A stretch of DNA of 64,000 nt from Bythopirellula sp. (lineage in GTDB: Bacteria; Planctomycetota; Planctomycetia; Pirellulales; Lacipirellulaceae). Made by a program: the position numbers and the translations under genes. The notes under the pieces were generated by a model, which worked only from the letters and a program-made list of their open reading frames with translations, searched no databases and had not been told where the DNA came from. Numbering within the stretch: position 1 is the first letter of the stretch; each line of letters starts with the position of its first letter. Shown here one piece after another: positions 8,821-17,572 of this stretch. The stretch spans positions 4,096,001 through 4,160,000 of the forward strand of contig OZ244170.1 of assembly GCA_965216565.1 (NCBI GenBank), read 5' to 3'.

Positions 8821-10344
8821 ATGAATCCCATACTCATTGGCGGAAAGTGGCGACCAGCAAACGAAGTAAAATCATTTAGCGCCTCCAATCCTAAGAATGA
8901 GGAATCGTTGGAGGAAAGCTACCCAATCAGTAGTTGGGAGGACTGCAACGAGGCATTGGAAGTTGCAGCCCAAGCTGCCGAACAATTGGAAGTGGTTTCA
9001 GCTGATAAGATTTCACAGTTTCTTGAGAACTACGCGGATCGCTTGGGAGATGCAGCTCAGGAAATCTGTCAGCAAGCAGAGTTAGAGACTGCTTTAGCTG
9101 TAAGCCCCCGACTGCTCGAAATCGAGATGCCACGCACGATCAATCAGCTTCGGCTGGCTGCCCAGGCTGCTCGCCAGGAAAACTGGCGTGCCCCAACTAG
9201 CGACCCCGATGCAGGAATCTACTCATGTTACGGTTCGATTGGACCGGTATTGGTTTTGGGTCCGAACAATTTTCCGCTCGCCTTCAACGCTATCTCTGGT
9301 GGAGACTTTGCTGCAGCGATTGCAACTGGGAATCCTGTGATTTCCAAAGCACACTCTTCTCACCCAGGCACATCGCGTTTGCTTGCCGAGCAAGCCCATG
9401 ATGCTTCGGTCGAGGTGGGCCTTCCTGTAGGAACAGTGCAAATGTTGTACGGCGTTTCCAGGGAAGACGGTTTGCGAATGGTTGCCGACCCGCGTCTCAA
9501 GGCTGCCGCATTTACAGGTAGTCGTGCAGGCGGGCTTGCGTTGAAGAATGCTGCCGATTCAGTGGGCACACCGATCTACCTCGAGATGTCTAGCGTCAAT
9601 CCTGTATTCTTCCTTCCCGCCGCCTTAGAGCAAGGGAGTACAGACTTAGCGACAGAACTAACAAGTAGTTGCTTGATGGCCGCAGGGCAGTTCTGTACTT
9701 GTCCTAATATGTCGGTTTTGCAATCAAGCAATGTTGCTGATGGATTCCTAAAACGAATAACAGAATTGATGCAAGAGCGTCCTGTTGGTCCATTGCTAGC
9801 CCGGAGTGCACTGGAAAGTCTCGAACAGTCGGTGGCAACTCTTCAATCTGCAGGAGCTAAAGTGCTTTGCGGAGGTCGAGTTTCGGAGCAGCAAGGCTAT
9901 TGCTTCGAGAACACGCTGTTGAGCGTCACGGGCGAGCAGTTTTTGTCATCCCCAGAAACCTTACAGACCGAAGCGTTTGGGCCAGTGAACTTAGCGGTCA
10001 TGGTTCAAGATGATAATGAATGCTTAGCAGTCGCGAGGCATATCGAAGGGAGCCTGACGGCCAGCATTTATTCCGCAGCCGATGGTTCTGACGATACACT
10101 TTGTGCAAAACTCATGTCAGTGCTCCGCCGAAGAGTTGGTCGGCTCCTCAACGATAAGATGCCAACTGGCGTGGCCGTTTCTCCAGCCATGAATCACGGC
10201 GGACCTTTCCCAGCGACCGGGCACCCCGGATTTACGGCCGTAGGAATTCCAGCTTCTCTTCGACGTTTTACTAAGCTGGACTGTTATGATAACGTCCGGC
10301 CAGATCGCCTGCCCCCGTGTTTCGGGAGTGCATCTACAGATTAG
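8821..10344 (+). CDS. lhpG: Aldehyde dehydrogenase (NADP+); probable alpha-ketoglutaric semialdehyde dehydrogenase
   Basis: NFPLAF, FTGS, EMSSVNP, GQFCTCP, EAFGP, HGGPFPAT. Confidence 0.85.
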   Translation: MNPILIGGKWRPANEVKSFSASNPKNEESLEESYPISSWEDCNEALEVAAQAAEQLEVVSADKISQFLENYADRLGDAAQEICQQAELETALAVSPRLLEIEMPRTINQLRLAAQAARQENWRAPTSDPDAGIYSCYGSIGPVLVLGPNNFPLAFNAISGGDFAAAIATGNPVISKAHSSHPGTSRLLAEQAHDASVEVGLPVGTVQMLYGVSREDGLRMVADPRLKAAAFTGSRAGGLALKNAADSVGTPIYLEMSSVNPVFFLPAALEQGSTDLATELTSSCLMAAGQFCTCPNMSVLQSSNVADGFLKRITELMQERPVGPLLARSALESLEQSVATLQSAGAKVLCGGRVSEQQGYCFENTLLSVTGEQFLSSPETLQTEAFGPVNLAVMVQDDNECLAVARHIEGSLTASIYSAADGSDDTLCAKLMSVLRRRVGRLLNDKMPTGVAVSPAMNHGGPFPATGHPGFTAVGIPASLRRFTKLDCYDNVRPDRLPPCFGSASTD

Positions 10345-10374
10345 CTGGTAACTCATAAACAAGAGTTTGTATTA

Positions 10375-11829
10375 ATGGGTAATCAAGTCAGAGCAAGCGC
10401 GGAAAATGTTGACCCCTACTTCCAGTCAACATTTTCGATTGAGGAGTTTCAAAGAAGACGTTCGCAAGTTTGCGAAAGCATCGGTGATGCGGTGGCAATT
10501 ATCCAGGGCTCTGCAGCAACAGGCGCCATGGACATATTCCGGCAGCACAACGATTTCTTTTATCTCTGTGGTGTCGAAATCCCTCACGCGTATCTTTCAA
10601 TCGATGGCCGGAAGAATACTTCGACGCTTTATCTCCCTCCGTTGAACAAACGTCTGGTTGAGACAGACGGCCCAGAACTGAATGCGGACGAAGCTGAGGT
10701 TGCTCTCCGGCTTACGGGAGTCGACAAGGTCAAACCTCTCTCAGCACTGAAAAGTGAGTTACCAAAAACCTCGGTCGTGTACCTCTGCCATCAAGCGCCC
10801 GAGGGCAAGCAGGCCTACCAGGACTCGATCCGAGAGGCAGAGCAGCGTGCGAAACACGATCCTCTCACGCAGGATTCTTCTATTCTGAAGAATTCGGCGG
10901 AAAAGCTCCGTCATCACCTCGGTCAATGCACTCTTAGAGATTTGTCTCCCATCATCAATGATTTAAGGAGATTGAAGAGCTCGGCCGAGATTGAGGTGCT
11001 ACGCCGCGCAGGTGCTATTACCGCCTTGGCCCTGAGTGAAGCCATCCGCTCTACTCAACCTGGGATAATTGAGAGTCAATTGGCTGCTGTAGCAGATTAC
11101 GTTTTTTTACTGAACGGTGCACGTGGAGGTGGATATCGTCCAATTGTTGCCAGTGGTGCCAATACTTGGAACATGCATTACTATCGCAATAACTGCCGTC
11201 TGAAGGATGGTGATTTAGTCCTGTTCGACTACGCACCTGATATCGAGAATTACACAAGCGATATCGGTAGGATGTGGCCAGTAAATGGAAAGTTTAGCCC
11301 TGGGCAACGCGAACTGTATGGGTTTGTCGTAGATTATCACCTGACTCTGTTAGAACTGATTGAGCCCGGTAAGACTCCCGCTCAAATAAGAGCTCAGGCC
11401 TCCGAGCGCGTTCGACCCATTGTCTCTAAAACGAAATGGTCGAAACCCTGCTATCGCGATGCAGTGGAGAAATTGGTGGCGACAAGCCGCGCTTTTACAC
11501 ATTCAGTTGGGATGGCGGTGCACGATGATAGTGGGTACCAAGAGGACGATCGGGAGTTAGAACCCGGTCTTGTCTTTGCCTTGGATCCCCAACTCTGGGT
11601 TCCGGAAGAGAGGCTCTACGTGCGTGTGGAAGACTGCGTTGTCGTGGACAACTCCGGGGCTGAGAATTTCACAAAGGCTGCCCCTCATACACCCGATGAA
11701 ATTGAAAAATTAATGGCTGAACCGGGGCTTCTTCAAATTCGACCCGATTTGTGTCTGGAAAAGGTTCACGGATCAGAAGTGCCTGAACAAGAATCATCAT
11801 TTGGGAGATTAGCAGTTTCTCCGAGCTAA
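10375..11829 (+). CDS. pepP: Xaa-Pro aminopeptidase (M24B)
   Basis: FRQHNDFFYLCG, LKSSAEIE, YTSDIGR, HSVGMAVHD, VRVED. Confidence 0.85.
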   Translation: MGNQVRASAENVDPYFQSTFSIEEFQRRRSQVCESIGDAVAIIQGSAATGAMDIFRQHNDFFYLCGVEIPHAYLSIDGRKNTSTLYLPPLNKRLVETDGPELNADEAEVALRLTGVDKVKPLSALKSELPKTSVVYLCHQAPEGKQAYQDSIREAEQRAKHDPLTQDSSILKNSAEKLRHHLGQCTLRDLSPIINDLRRLKSSAEIEVLRRAGAITALALSEAIRSTQPGIIESQLAAVADYVFLLNGARGGGYRPIVASGANTWNMHYYRNNCRLKDGDLVLFDYAPDIENYTSDIGRMWPVNGKFSPGQRELYGFVVDYHLTLLELIEPGKTPAQIRAQASERVRPIVSKTKWSKPCYRDAVEKLVATSRAFTHSVGMAVHDDSGYQEDDRELEPGLVFALDPQLWVPEERLYVRVEDCVVVDNSGAENFTKAAPHTPDEIEKLMAEPGLLQIRPDLCLEKVHGSEVPEQESSFGRLAVSPS

Positions 11830-11969
11830 TTCCTTATATTCCTCAGGAGTTTGTATTACCTTGCGATTGTGTTATCTCGTCAGTCAGAGCAACCGCAGAC
11901 TAGAATGTAGCACCCTTGAGCGATGAGCAGAGCACTTTGGGTAATCGGCTCCAGATTGGGGAATTGAAA

Positions 11970-12923
11970 ATGGATTGTCAGGAGGGGACTAGTCTACGAG
12001 TCATCGATTCCCACACGTCTGGTGAGCCAACTCGCCTTGTGATCGAAGGCGTGCCTTCCCTTGGCAACGGCGATATGGTCTCACGCCGGGAACGACTAGC
12101 GGCTGATGCCGATTGGATTCGTACATCACTCATCCTTGAGCCTCGCGGGGCACCATGGATGGTTGGCGCCGTTCTTCAAGAACCAGTTGACCCGACGTGC
12201 GCTGCCGGTGTGATCTTCTTTAATAACACAGGCTACTTGGGCATGTGCGGTCACGGTATGATTGGCATGGTAACCACACTTGCCCACCTTGATTGCATTA
12301 AGCCCGGCTCGCTTCGCTTTGAAACCCCTGCTGGCATCGTATCTGCTCAGCTGAACTCTGATGGCTCCGTTACCATAGACAATGTTGTGAGCTACCGTAC
12401 TCAGCACAATGTTCCGATAGAGATTCCAGGTATAGGCCCGGTTGTCGGGGATGTTGCCTATGGTGGCAATTGGTTTTTTCTAACGAGCGTTCCAAAAGTC
12501 GAAATGGCTCTCATCCACAGCCATACTGAGCAAGCTATGCGAATCATGGAAGCGCTCGACAACCAAGGAATCCGCGGTGACGACGGAAGTCTGATAGATC
12601 ACATAGAGTTGGTTGGTCCCCCCAGCAATTCGCAAGCAGCGCACGCGAGGAACTTCGTCCTGTGCCCCGGTGGCCATTACGATCGCTCACCATGCGGTAC
12701 GGGCACAAGTGCCAAGGTTGCTTGTCTTGCTGCAGACAATAAGCTCTCACCGGGTGAAGTATGGGTTCAAGAATCTATCACCAAGACTACGTACGAAGCC
12801 AGCTATCGTGAGGTCGATGGAGGGGTCAAGCCAACTATCAAGGGGCAGGCCTTTGTCACAGCGGACGTTAGCATAAGAATAGATTCCCAAGATCCGTTGC
12901 GTCATGGATTTAAGACCTCATAA
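11970..12923 (+). CDS. lhpA: Proline racemase family; probable 4-hydroxyproline 2-epimerase
   Basis: DSHTSGEPTR, MCGH and DRSPCGTG catalytic Cys pair; Val (not Phe) in EPRGAPWMVGA favours Hyp epimerase. Confidence 0.9.
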   Translation: MDCQEGTSLRVIDSHTSGEPTRLVIEGVPSLGNGDMVSRRERLAADADWIRTSLILEPRGAPWMVGAVLQEPVDPTCAAGVIFFNNTGYLGMCGHGMIGMVTTLAHLDCIKPGSLRFETPAGIVSAQLNSDGSVTIDNVVSYRTQHNVPIEIPGIGPVVGDVAYGGNWFFLTSVPKVEMALIHSHTEQAMRIMEALDNQGIRGDDGSLIDHIELVGPPSNSQAAHARNFVLCPGGHYDRSPCGTGTSAKVACLAADNKLSPGEVWVQESITKTTYEASYREVDGGVKPTIKGQAFVTADVSIRIDSQDPLRHGFKTS

Positions 12924-12953
12924 AAACTCGTCCTCCCTACACCCTCTTTGTTT

Positions 12954-14210
12954 ATGAATCCTAGCCAACGAACAGCGATTGTGATTGGCGGCGGTCTCGT
13001 CGGGTGCGCAACTGCCTACTATCTTGCTCGAGATGGCTGGAGCGTACGGTTGCTAGAGCGCGATCGCATTGGCAGCGGAGCCTCATCGGGAAACTGTGGT
13101 TTCATCTGCCCAAGTCATGTAATGCCAATGGCAGTTCCCGGTGCCGTGTCTCGAACTCTGCGGACGATGCTGGGCAAAGATTCACCCGTTGCAATCAAAT
13201 TGAGACCTAGTGCATCGCTTTGGTCATGGCTCGCTAAATTTGCATTGCGGTGTAGAAGCAATCCCATGATGCAGTCGGCCTCTGCTCGACATGCGCTGCT
13301 GCAGTCGTCTATGGAACTCTATCGGCAATTAGTCGATCAAGAAGGCCTTGCGTGTCAGTTACAAGATCAGGGTCTGCTGATGGTCTACAAGTCGAAAAGC
13401 GACTTCGAGCACTTTACCGCAACCTCAGAATGCCTCAAAGAGGAATTCGGTATCTCGACGACTCGCTTAGTTGGAGATGAAGTAGCGGAATACGAGCCCG
13501 CTCTACGTCGTGGGCTGGCGGGCGGGTGGTTGTTTCCAGGAGATGCACATGTGCGTCCTGAGTGCTTACTAGACTCACTCTGCACATTACTGGACAAGTA
13601 CAAAGTGATTGTTGAAGAAGGAGTTGGCGTGAATTCCCTCAACATTCAAGAAGATCTACTTCACAGTGTCGAAACGTCGCACGGCTCGAGATCGGCAGAC
13701 GTTGTGGTTCTTGCCACTGGTGCAGAAGCACCTTTCTTTGCGAAGCCTTTGCAATGCCGTATCCCGATCCAGCCTGGCAAGGGCTTTTCGCTAACGATGC
13801 CCTACGCAGATGAGCATCCGAAGGTTCCGATGATCTTTGAAGAACATCATGTTGCAGTCACACCATTTCAGGGACAGATGAGAATTGGTTCTACGATGGA
13901 ATTCGCCGGCTACGACCGGTCTTTGAACCAGAAACGGTTGTCTCTCCTAGTGAGGTCTGCCGAAGACCATCTGGTTCATGTTCCAGATACAGACAAAGCG
14001 GAGAAATGGGCGGGATGGCGACCAATGACTTACGATGGCCTGCCATGCATTGATTGGGCTCCTGGAGCAAAGAATGTGATTGTGGCTGCAGGCAATGGCA
14101 TGATCGGATTAGCCAGCGCACCGGCAACAGGCAAGCTTGTCGCCCAGTTGGCAAGCGGAGAGAAACCTTTCATCGATCCTGAACCCTATTCTTTGCGACG
14201 CTTCCTGTAA
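12954..14210 (+). CDS. lhpB: FAD-dependent D-amino acid dehydrogenase; probable D-hydroxyproline dehydrogenase
   Basis: GGGLVG Rossmann motif, GASSGNCG, GWRPMTYDGLP; directly after epimerase. Confidence 0.85.
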   Translation: MNPSQRTAIVIGGGLVGCATAYYLARDGWSVRLLERDRIGSGASSGNCGFICPSHVMPMAVPGAVSRTLRTMLGKDSPVAIKLRPSASLWSWLAKFALRCRSNPMMQSASARHALLQSSMELYRQLVDQEGLACQLQDQGLLMVYKSKSDFEHFTATSECLKEEFGISTTRLVGDEVAEYEPALRRGLAGGWLFPGDAHVRPECLLDSLCTLLDKYKVIVEEGVGVNSLNIQEDLLHSVETSHGSRSADVVVLATGAEAPFFAKPLQCRIPIQPGKGFSLTMPYADEHPKVPMIFEEHHVAVTPFQGQMRIGSTMEFAGYDRSLNQKRLSLLVRSAEDHLVHVPDTDKAEKWAGWRPMTYDGLPCIDWAPGAKNVIVAAGNGMIGLASAPATGKLVAQLASGEKPFIDPEPYSLRRFL

Positions 14211-14252
14211 CGTTTTCTCCTTGGCCTAGAGCTTTCGAAAGGGATAAATTCA

Positions 14253-15053
14253 ATGGCGGCGTTACTCCAATTCGAGAACGTTTCCTATCAAGTCGGTGGT
14301 CGCTCAATCCTCGAAAATATCACCTGGTGTGTAGAATCGGGCCAACATTGGGCCGTTCTAGGAGCCAACGGCTCGGGAAAGACCACCTTACTGAAACTTG
14401 CCTGTGGATACCTCTGGCCGAACGCAGGAGGAGAAATCCGTCGATTGGGCGAAACAAGCACAGATCTACGCGATCTGCGTCGCAGCATCGGCTGGGTTAC
14501 TTCCACGCTGAATGCGCGGATAAGGTCAAATGAAAAAGTGCTCCAAACCGTCCTGTCAGGAAGATTCGGCCAGATTGGCTGGATGCCCATCGTAGGTGAG
14601 GAGCCAACGGACGAAGATCTCGAATTAGCAAGACTTTACTTGCGGCAAATGGGATTACTTAAATTCGAACATCAATCTTTCTGTCACTTATCGCAGGGAG
14701 AACAACAAAGCGTACTCGTCGCAAGAGCCCGCATGGCGCAACCTTTGCTAATCATCCTTGACGAACCCTGCATCGGGATGGATCCCGGCGTCCGTGAACA
14801 GTTCTTGGGGACACTGGCAGACTTCATTGCTGAGTCCGAGGCACCATCTCTGATTCTCGTCACACATCATTTGGAAGAGATTTTGCCTGAAATCCAGAAC
14901 GTTCTCGTGCTGAGAACTGGCCAAATCGCTGCGATCGGAAATCCGTCCGATGTGATCGATCAAGAGATCTTAGCAAATATCTACAATACTGCGCCTCCCG
15001 AGCTGGTGTACCGCGGCAACCGAACTTGGCCTGTGTGGTCTCAGGAAGAGTAA
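14253..15053 (+). CDS. ABC ATP-binding protein (ModF-like, no partner permease in window)
   Basis: GANGSGKT Walker A, LSQGE signature, IILDEP Walker B, VTHH. Confidence 0.9.
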   Translation: MAALLQFENVSYQVGGRSILENITWCVESGQHWAVLGANGSGKTTLLKLACGYLWPNAGGEIRRLGETSTDLRDLRRSIGWVTSTLNARIRSNEKVLQTVLSGRFGQIGWMPIVGEEPTDEDLELARLYLRQMGLLKFEHQSFCHLSQGEQQSVLVARARMAQPLLIILDEPCIGMDPGVREQFLGTLADFIAESEAPSLILVTHHLEEILPEIQNVLVLRTGQIAAIGNPSDVIDQEILANIYNTAPPELVYRGNRTWPVWSQEE

Positions 15054-15299
15054 AGCTCCAACTGAGTCGTTTCAATTGGGCGCCATGATATTCTGCTGCT
15101 GGCTAAGGTGCTGGCCGCACTTGTGGATCTACGCCCAAATGATTGCGAGTCCTGATGCACCGCATAGTGGACAGGCAAAGAATTCCTGGCTAACAGGAAC
15201 CGCGGCTTGGAAATATGTGGCAGTCATCCAGTATTAATTAGGTATCCGATGCAACCATATCAATTACTGCTCTGCGCCTTCACAGCACTATGTAGAGCA

Positions 15300-16055
15300 T
15301 CAGTAGATTGTGCGGCCACCGTTCACGTCGATTGTGGTCCCGGTGACGAAGTTGGCTTCCTCGCTCACCAGGTAGAGCAATGCCCCGGCGACGTCAGCAG
15401 GCGTACCAAACCGTCCGCTAGGTGAATCAGCTAGGTAAGCGGCTTTGTCTTCTTCACTCGCCTGAGCATGTCGCTCGACAGGGATCCAACCGGGAGAGAT
15501 CATATTGACCGTGACGCCGTAGGACGCAAATTCCCGGGCATTACTACGGGCAAGTCCAACCTGCCCTCCCTTGGCGGAAACATAGGGGCAAAACTCCGGC
15601 CAAGCTCCGGGGAAAACCTCGCTCGTGATATGCACGATTCTTCCCCAACGCTGCTCACGCATGTGGGGCAAGCAGGCTTTGGTCAACAAGAATGGACTCT
15701 TTTGGAAGAAGTCGACCATCCGTTGAAAAAAATCCCAGTCGTAGTCTTCAATTTTATTCAGGGGTTGTTCGCAAGTTGCATTGAGGACCAGGATGTCGAC
15801 CGGGCCAAGTTGGCTTTCGATTTCGGCAAGCATCGTCTCGATGCTCTCCTCGTTGGTCACATCTGCCTGGACTAGGCAATGATCTCCGCCGAGTGCCTGC
15901 AATTGGGCAAACGCATCTTCTGCAATCTCCGAATTGCCATGAAAGTTCATCGCGACTCGGGCTCCATGCCGAGCAAGGTCCAGCGCCATCTGTTTTCCTA
16001 GTCCACGGGTGCTACCAGTGACTAGCGTTACTCGGTTGTTGATAATTGGATTCAT
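15300..16055 (-). CDS. SDR family oxidoreductase (FabG-like)
   Basis: TGSTRGLG, YVSAK, VNMISPG, VNGG; start 16055 or TTG at 16103. Confidence 0.9.
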   Translation of the reverse strand: MNPIINNRVTLVTGSTRGLGKQMALDLARHGARVAMNFHGNSEIAEDAFAQLQALGGDHCLVQADVTNEESIETMLAEIESQLGPVDILVLNATCEQPLNKIEDYDWDFFQRMVDFFQKSPFLLTKACLPHMREQRWGRIVHITSEVFPGAWPEFCPYVSAKGGQVGLARSNAREFASYGVTVNMISPGWIPVERHAQASEEDKAAYLADSPSGRFGTPADVAGALLYLVSEEANFVTGTTIDVNGGRTIY

Positions 16056-16095
16056 GGACGAATAGCCTACGGCACGGTCCTTTCGCTGCAAACGA

Positions 16096-17556
16096 TCAGG
16101 CAATTATTTCCTGAATTGGTGAAACGGATTCTACGCCCACCAACTTCTGATCGAGTCCGTTATAGAAGTAGCTCAATTGGTTCGGATCGAGGCCCATTTG
16201 GTGCAATATCGTAGCATGTAATTCCTTGACAGTGGTCGGACGGTCGACTGCTCGGCTGCCGAGTTCGTCGGTGGAACCGAGACTGAATCCACCCTTGATG
16301 CCACCACCGGCCAACCACATGGTAAAGCCATAGCTATTATGATCGCGGCCAGTGCCCTTAGCATACTCAGCCGTAGGCTGTCGCCCGAACTCACCTCCCC
16401 ATACGACGAGCGTCTCGTCCAACATCCCCCGTTGCTTCAGATCTCTCAACAGGGCTGCAATGGGTTGGTCCGTTTCGCCGGCGTGCTTGGTGTGGTTGTG
16501 AACCAAGTCGCCGTGGGCGTCCCAGTTGTAATCGATGTGATTGCCTCCGGAGTAGAGCTGAATGAATCGAACCCCTCGTTCAACTAGCCGACGAGCGAGC
16601 AAGCATTGCGAACCGAAGTGATGTGTCGGTTGCTGGCCAACCCCATACATGTCGAGTGTGGAAGGTGTTTCCTGTGAAAAATCAACTGCCTCCGGCGCCG
16701 ACATCTGCATCTTGAAAGCCAATTCGTAACTGGCAATGCGTGCGGCAAGATTCGAATTGTCATTGCGAGTGGCCAAGTGACGCTGATTAATTGTGGCGAG
16801 CGTATCAAGCATTTCACGCTGCAGTTCACGCGTTGTCCCCTCTGGGCGGGAGAGATTTAGCACCGGGCTGCCTTCGTGTTTGAATGTGGCGCCTTGATAG
16901 ATGGCCGGCATGTAGCCGCTGGACCAGTTTTTCGCTCCAGAGATCGGCCCCCCGGAGGGATCGAGCATCACGACAAAACCGGGTAGATTTTCGTTCGGCG
17001 AACCCAATCCGTAGTTGACCCATGACCCCAATGCCGGACTGCCCGACATCAACTTGCCCGAGTTCATCATTAGCATGGCTGAGCCATGGATGGGTGACTC
17101 GGCTGTCATGGAATGCAGAAACGCAATGTCGTCGACACAACTTCCAATGTGGGGGAACAGATCGCTCACCCACTTACCGCATTCGCCGTATTGTTTGAAC
17201 TTCCACCGCGGCTCCACAATCCGGCCTTGATTTTTCTTGCCGCCACGGCCAAAGGTATCGACGGCGACCGTCTTGTCGTCCATCCCGATCATGTCAGGCT
17301 TGTAATCGAAGGTGTCGATGTGGCTCGGACCGCCGTACATAAACAAGAAGATCACATTCTTAGCCTGGGGAGGCAGCATCGCACTCTTGGGATGAAGCGG
17401 GTTGGCAGCAGCCGATGAGAGTTCAGCCGCCTTGGCCGAATTTTCGAAGAAACCATCGCCAGCCAGCATCCCAGTCAACGCGGCCGCACCAAAACCTGCG
17501 CCGGTCTCCCACAGAAATTCGCGTCGCGTGCGGTTACAGAAATCTCTTCGTGCCAT
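16096..17556 (-). CDS. DUF1501 domain protein (Tat-exported, sulfatase-like fold)
   Basis: TRREFL Tat motif; FLFMYGGPSHIDTFDYKP; ARRLVERGVRF; WGGEFGR; GRDH. Confidence 0.92.
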   Translation of the reverse strand: MARRDFCNRTRREFLWETGAGFGAAALTGMLAGDGFFENSAKAAELSSAAANPLHPKSAMLPPQAKNVIFLFMYGGPSHIDTFDYKPDMIGMDDKTVAVDTFGRGGKKNQGRIVEPRWKFKQYGECGKWVSDLFPHIGSCVDDIAFLHSMTAESPIHGSAMLMMNSGKLMSGSPALGSWVNYGLGSPNENLPGFVVMLDPSGGPISGAKNWSSGYMPAIYQGATFKHEGSPVLNLSRPEGTTRELQREMLDTLATINQRHLATRNDNSNLAARIASYELAFKMQMSAPEAVDFSQETPSTLDMYGVGQQPTHHFGSQCLLARRLVERGVRFIQLYSGGNHIDYNWDAHGDLVHNHTKHAGETDQPIAALLRDLKQRGMLDETLVVWGGEFGRQPTAEYAKGTGRDHNSYGFTMWLAGGGIKGGFSLGSTDELGSRAVDRPTTVKELHATILHQMGLDPNQLSYFYNGLDQKLVGVESVSPIQEIIA

Positions 17557-17572
17557 GGTTCTTAGTCAGTCT

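Noticed and set aside
15054..15299. Spacer between convergent genes as ncRNA or small ORF (15207-15425)
   Set aside because: No convincing structure or RBS; ORF overlaps the SDR antisense
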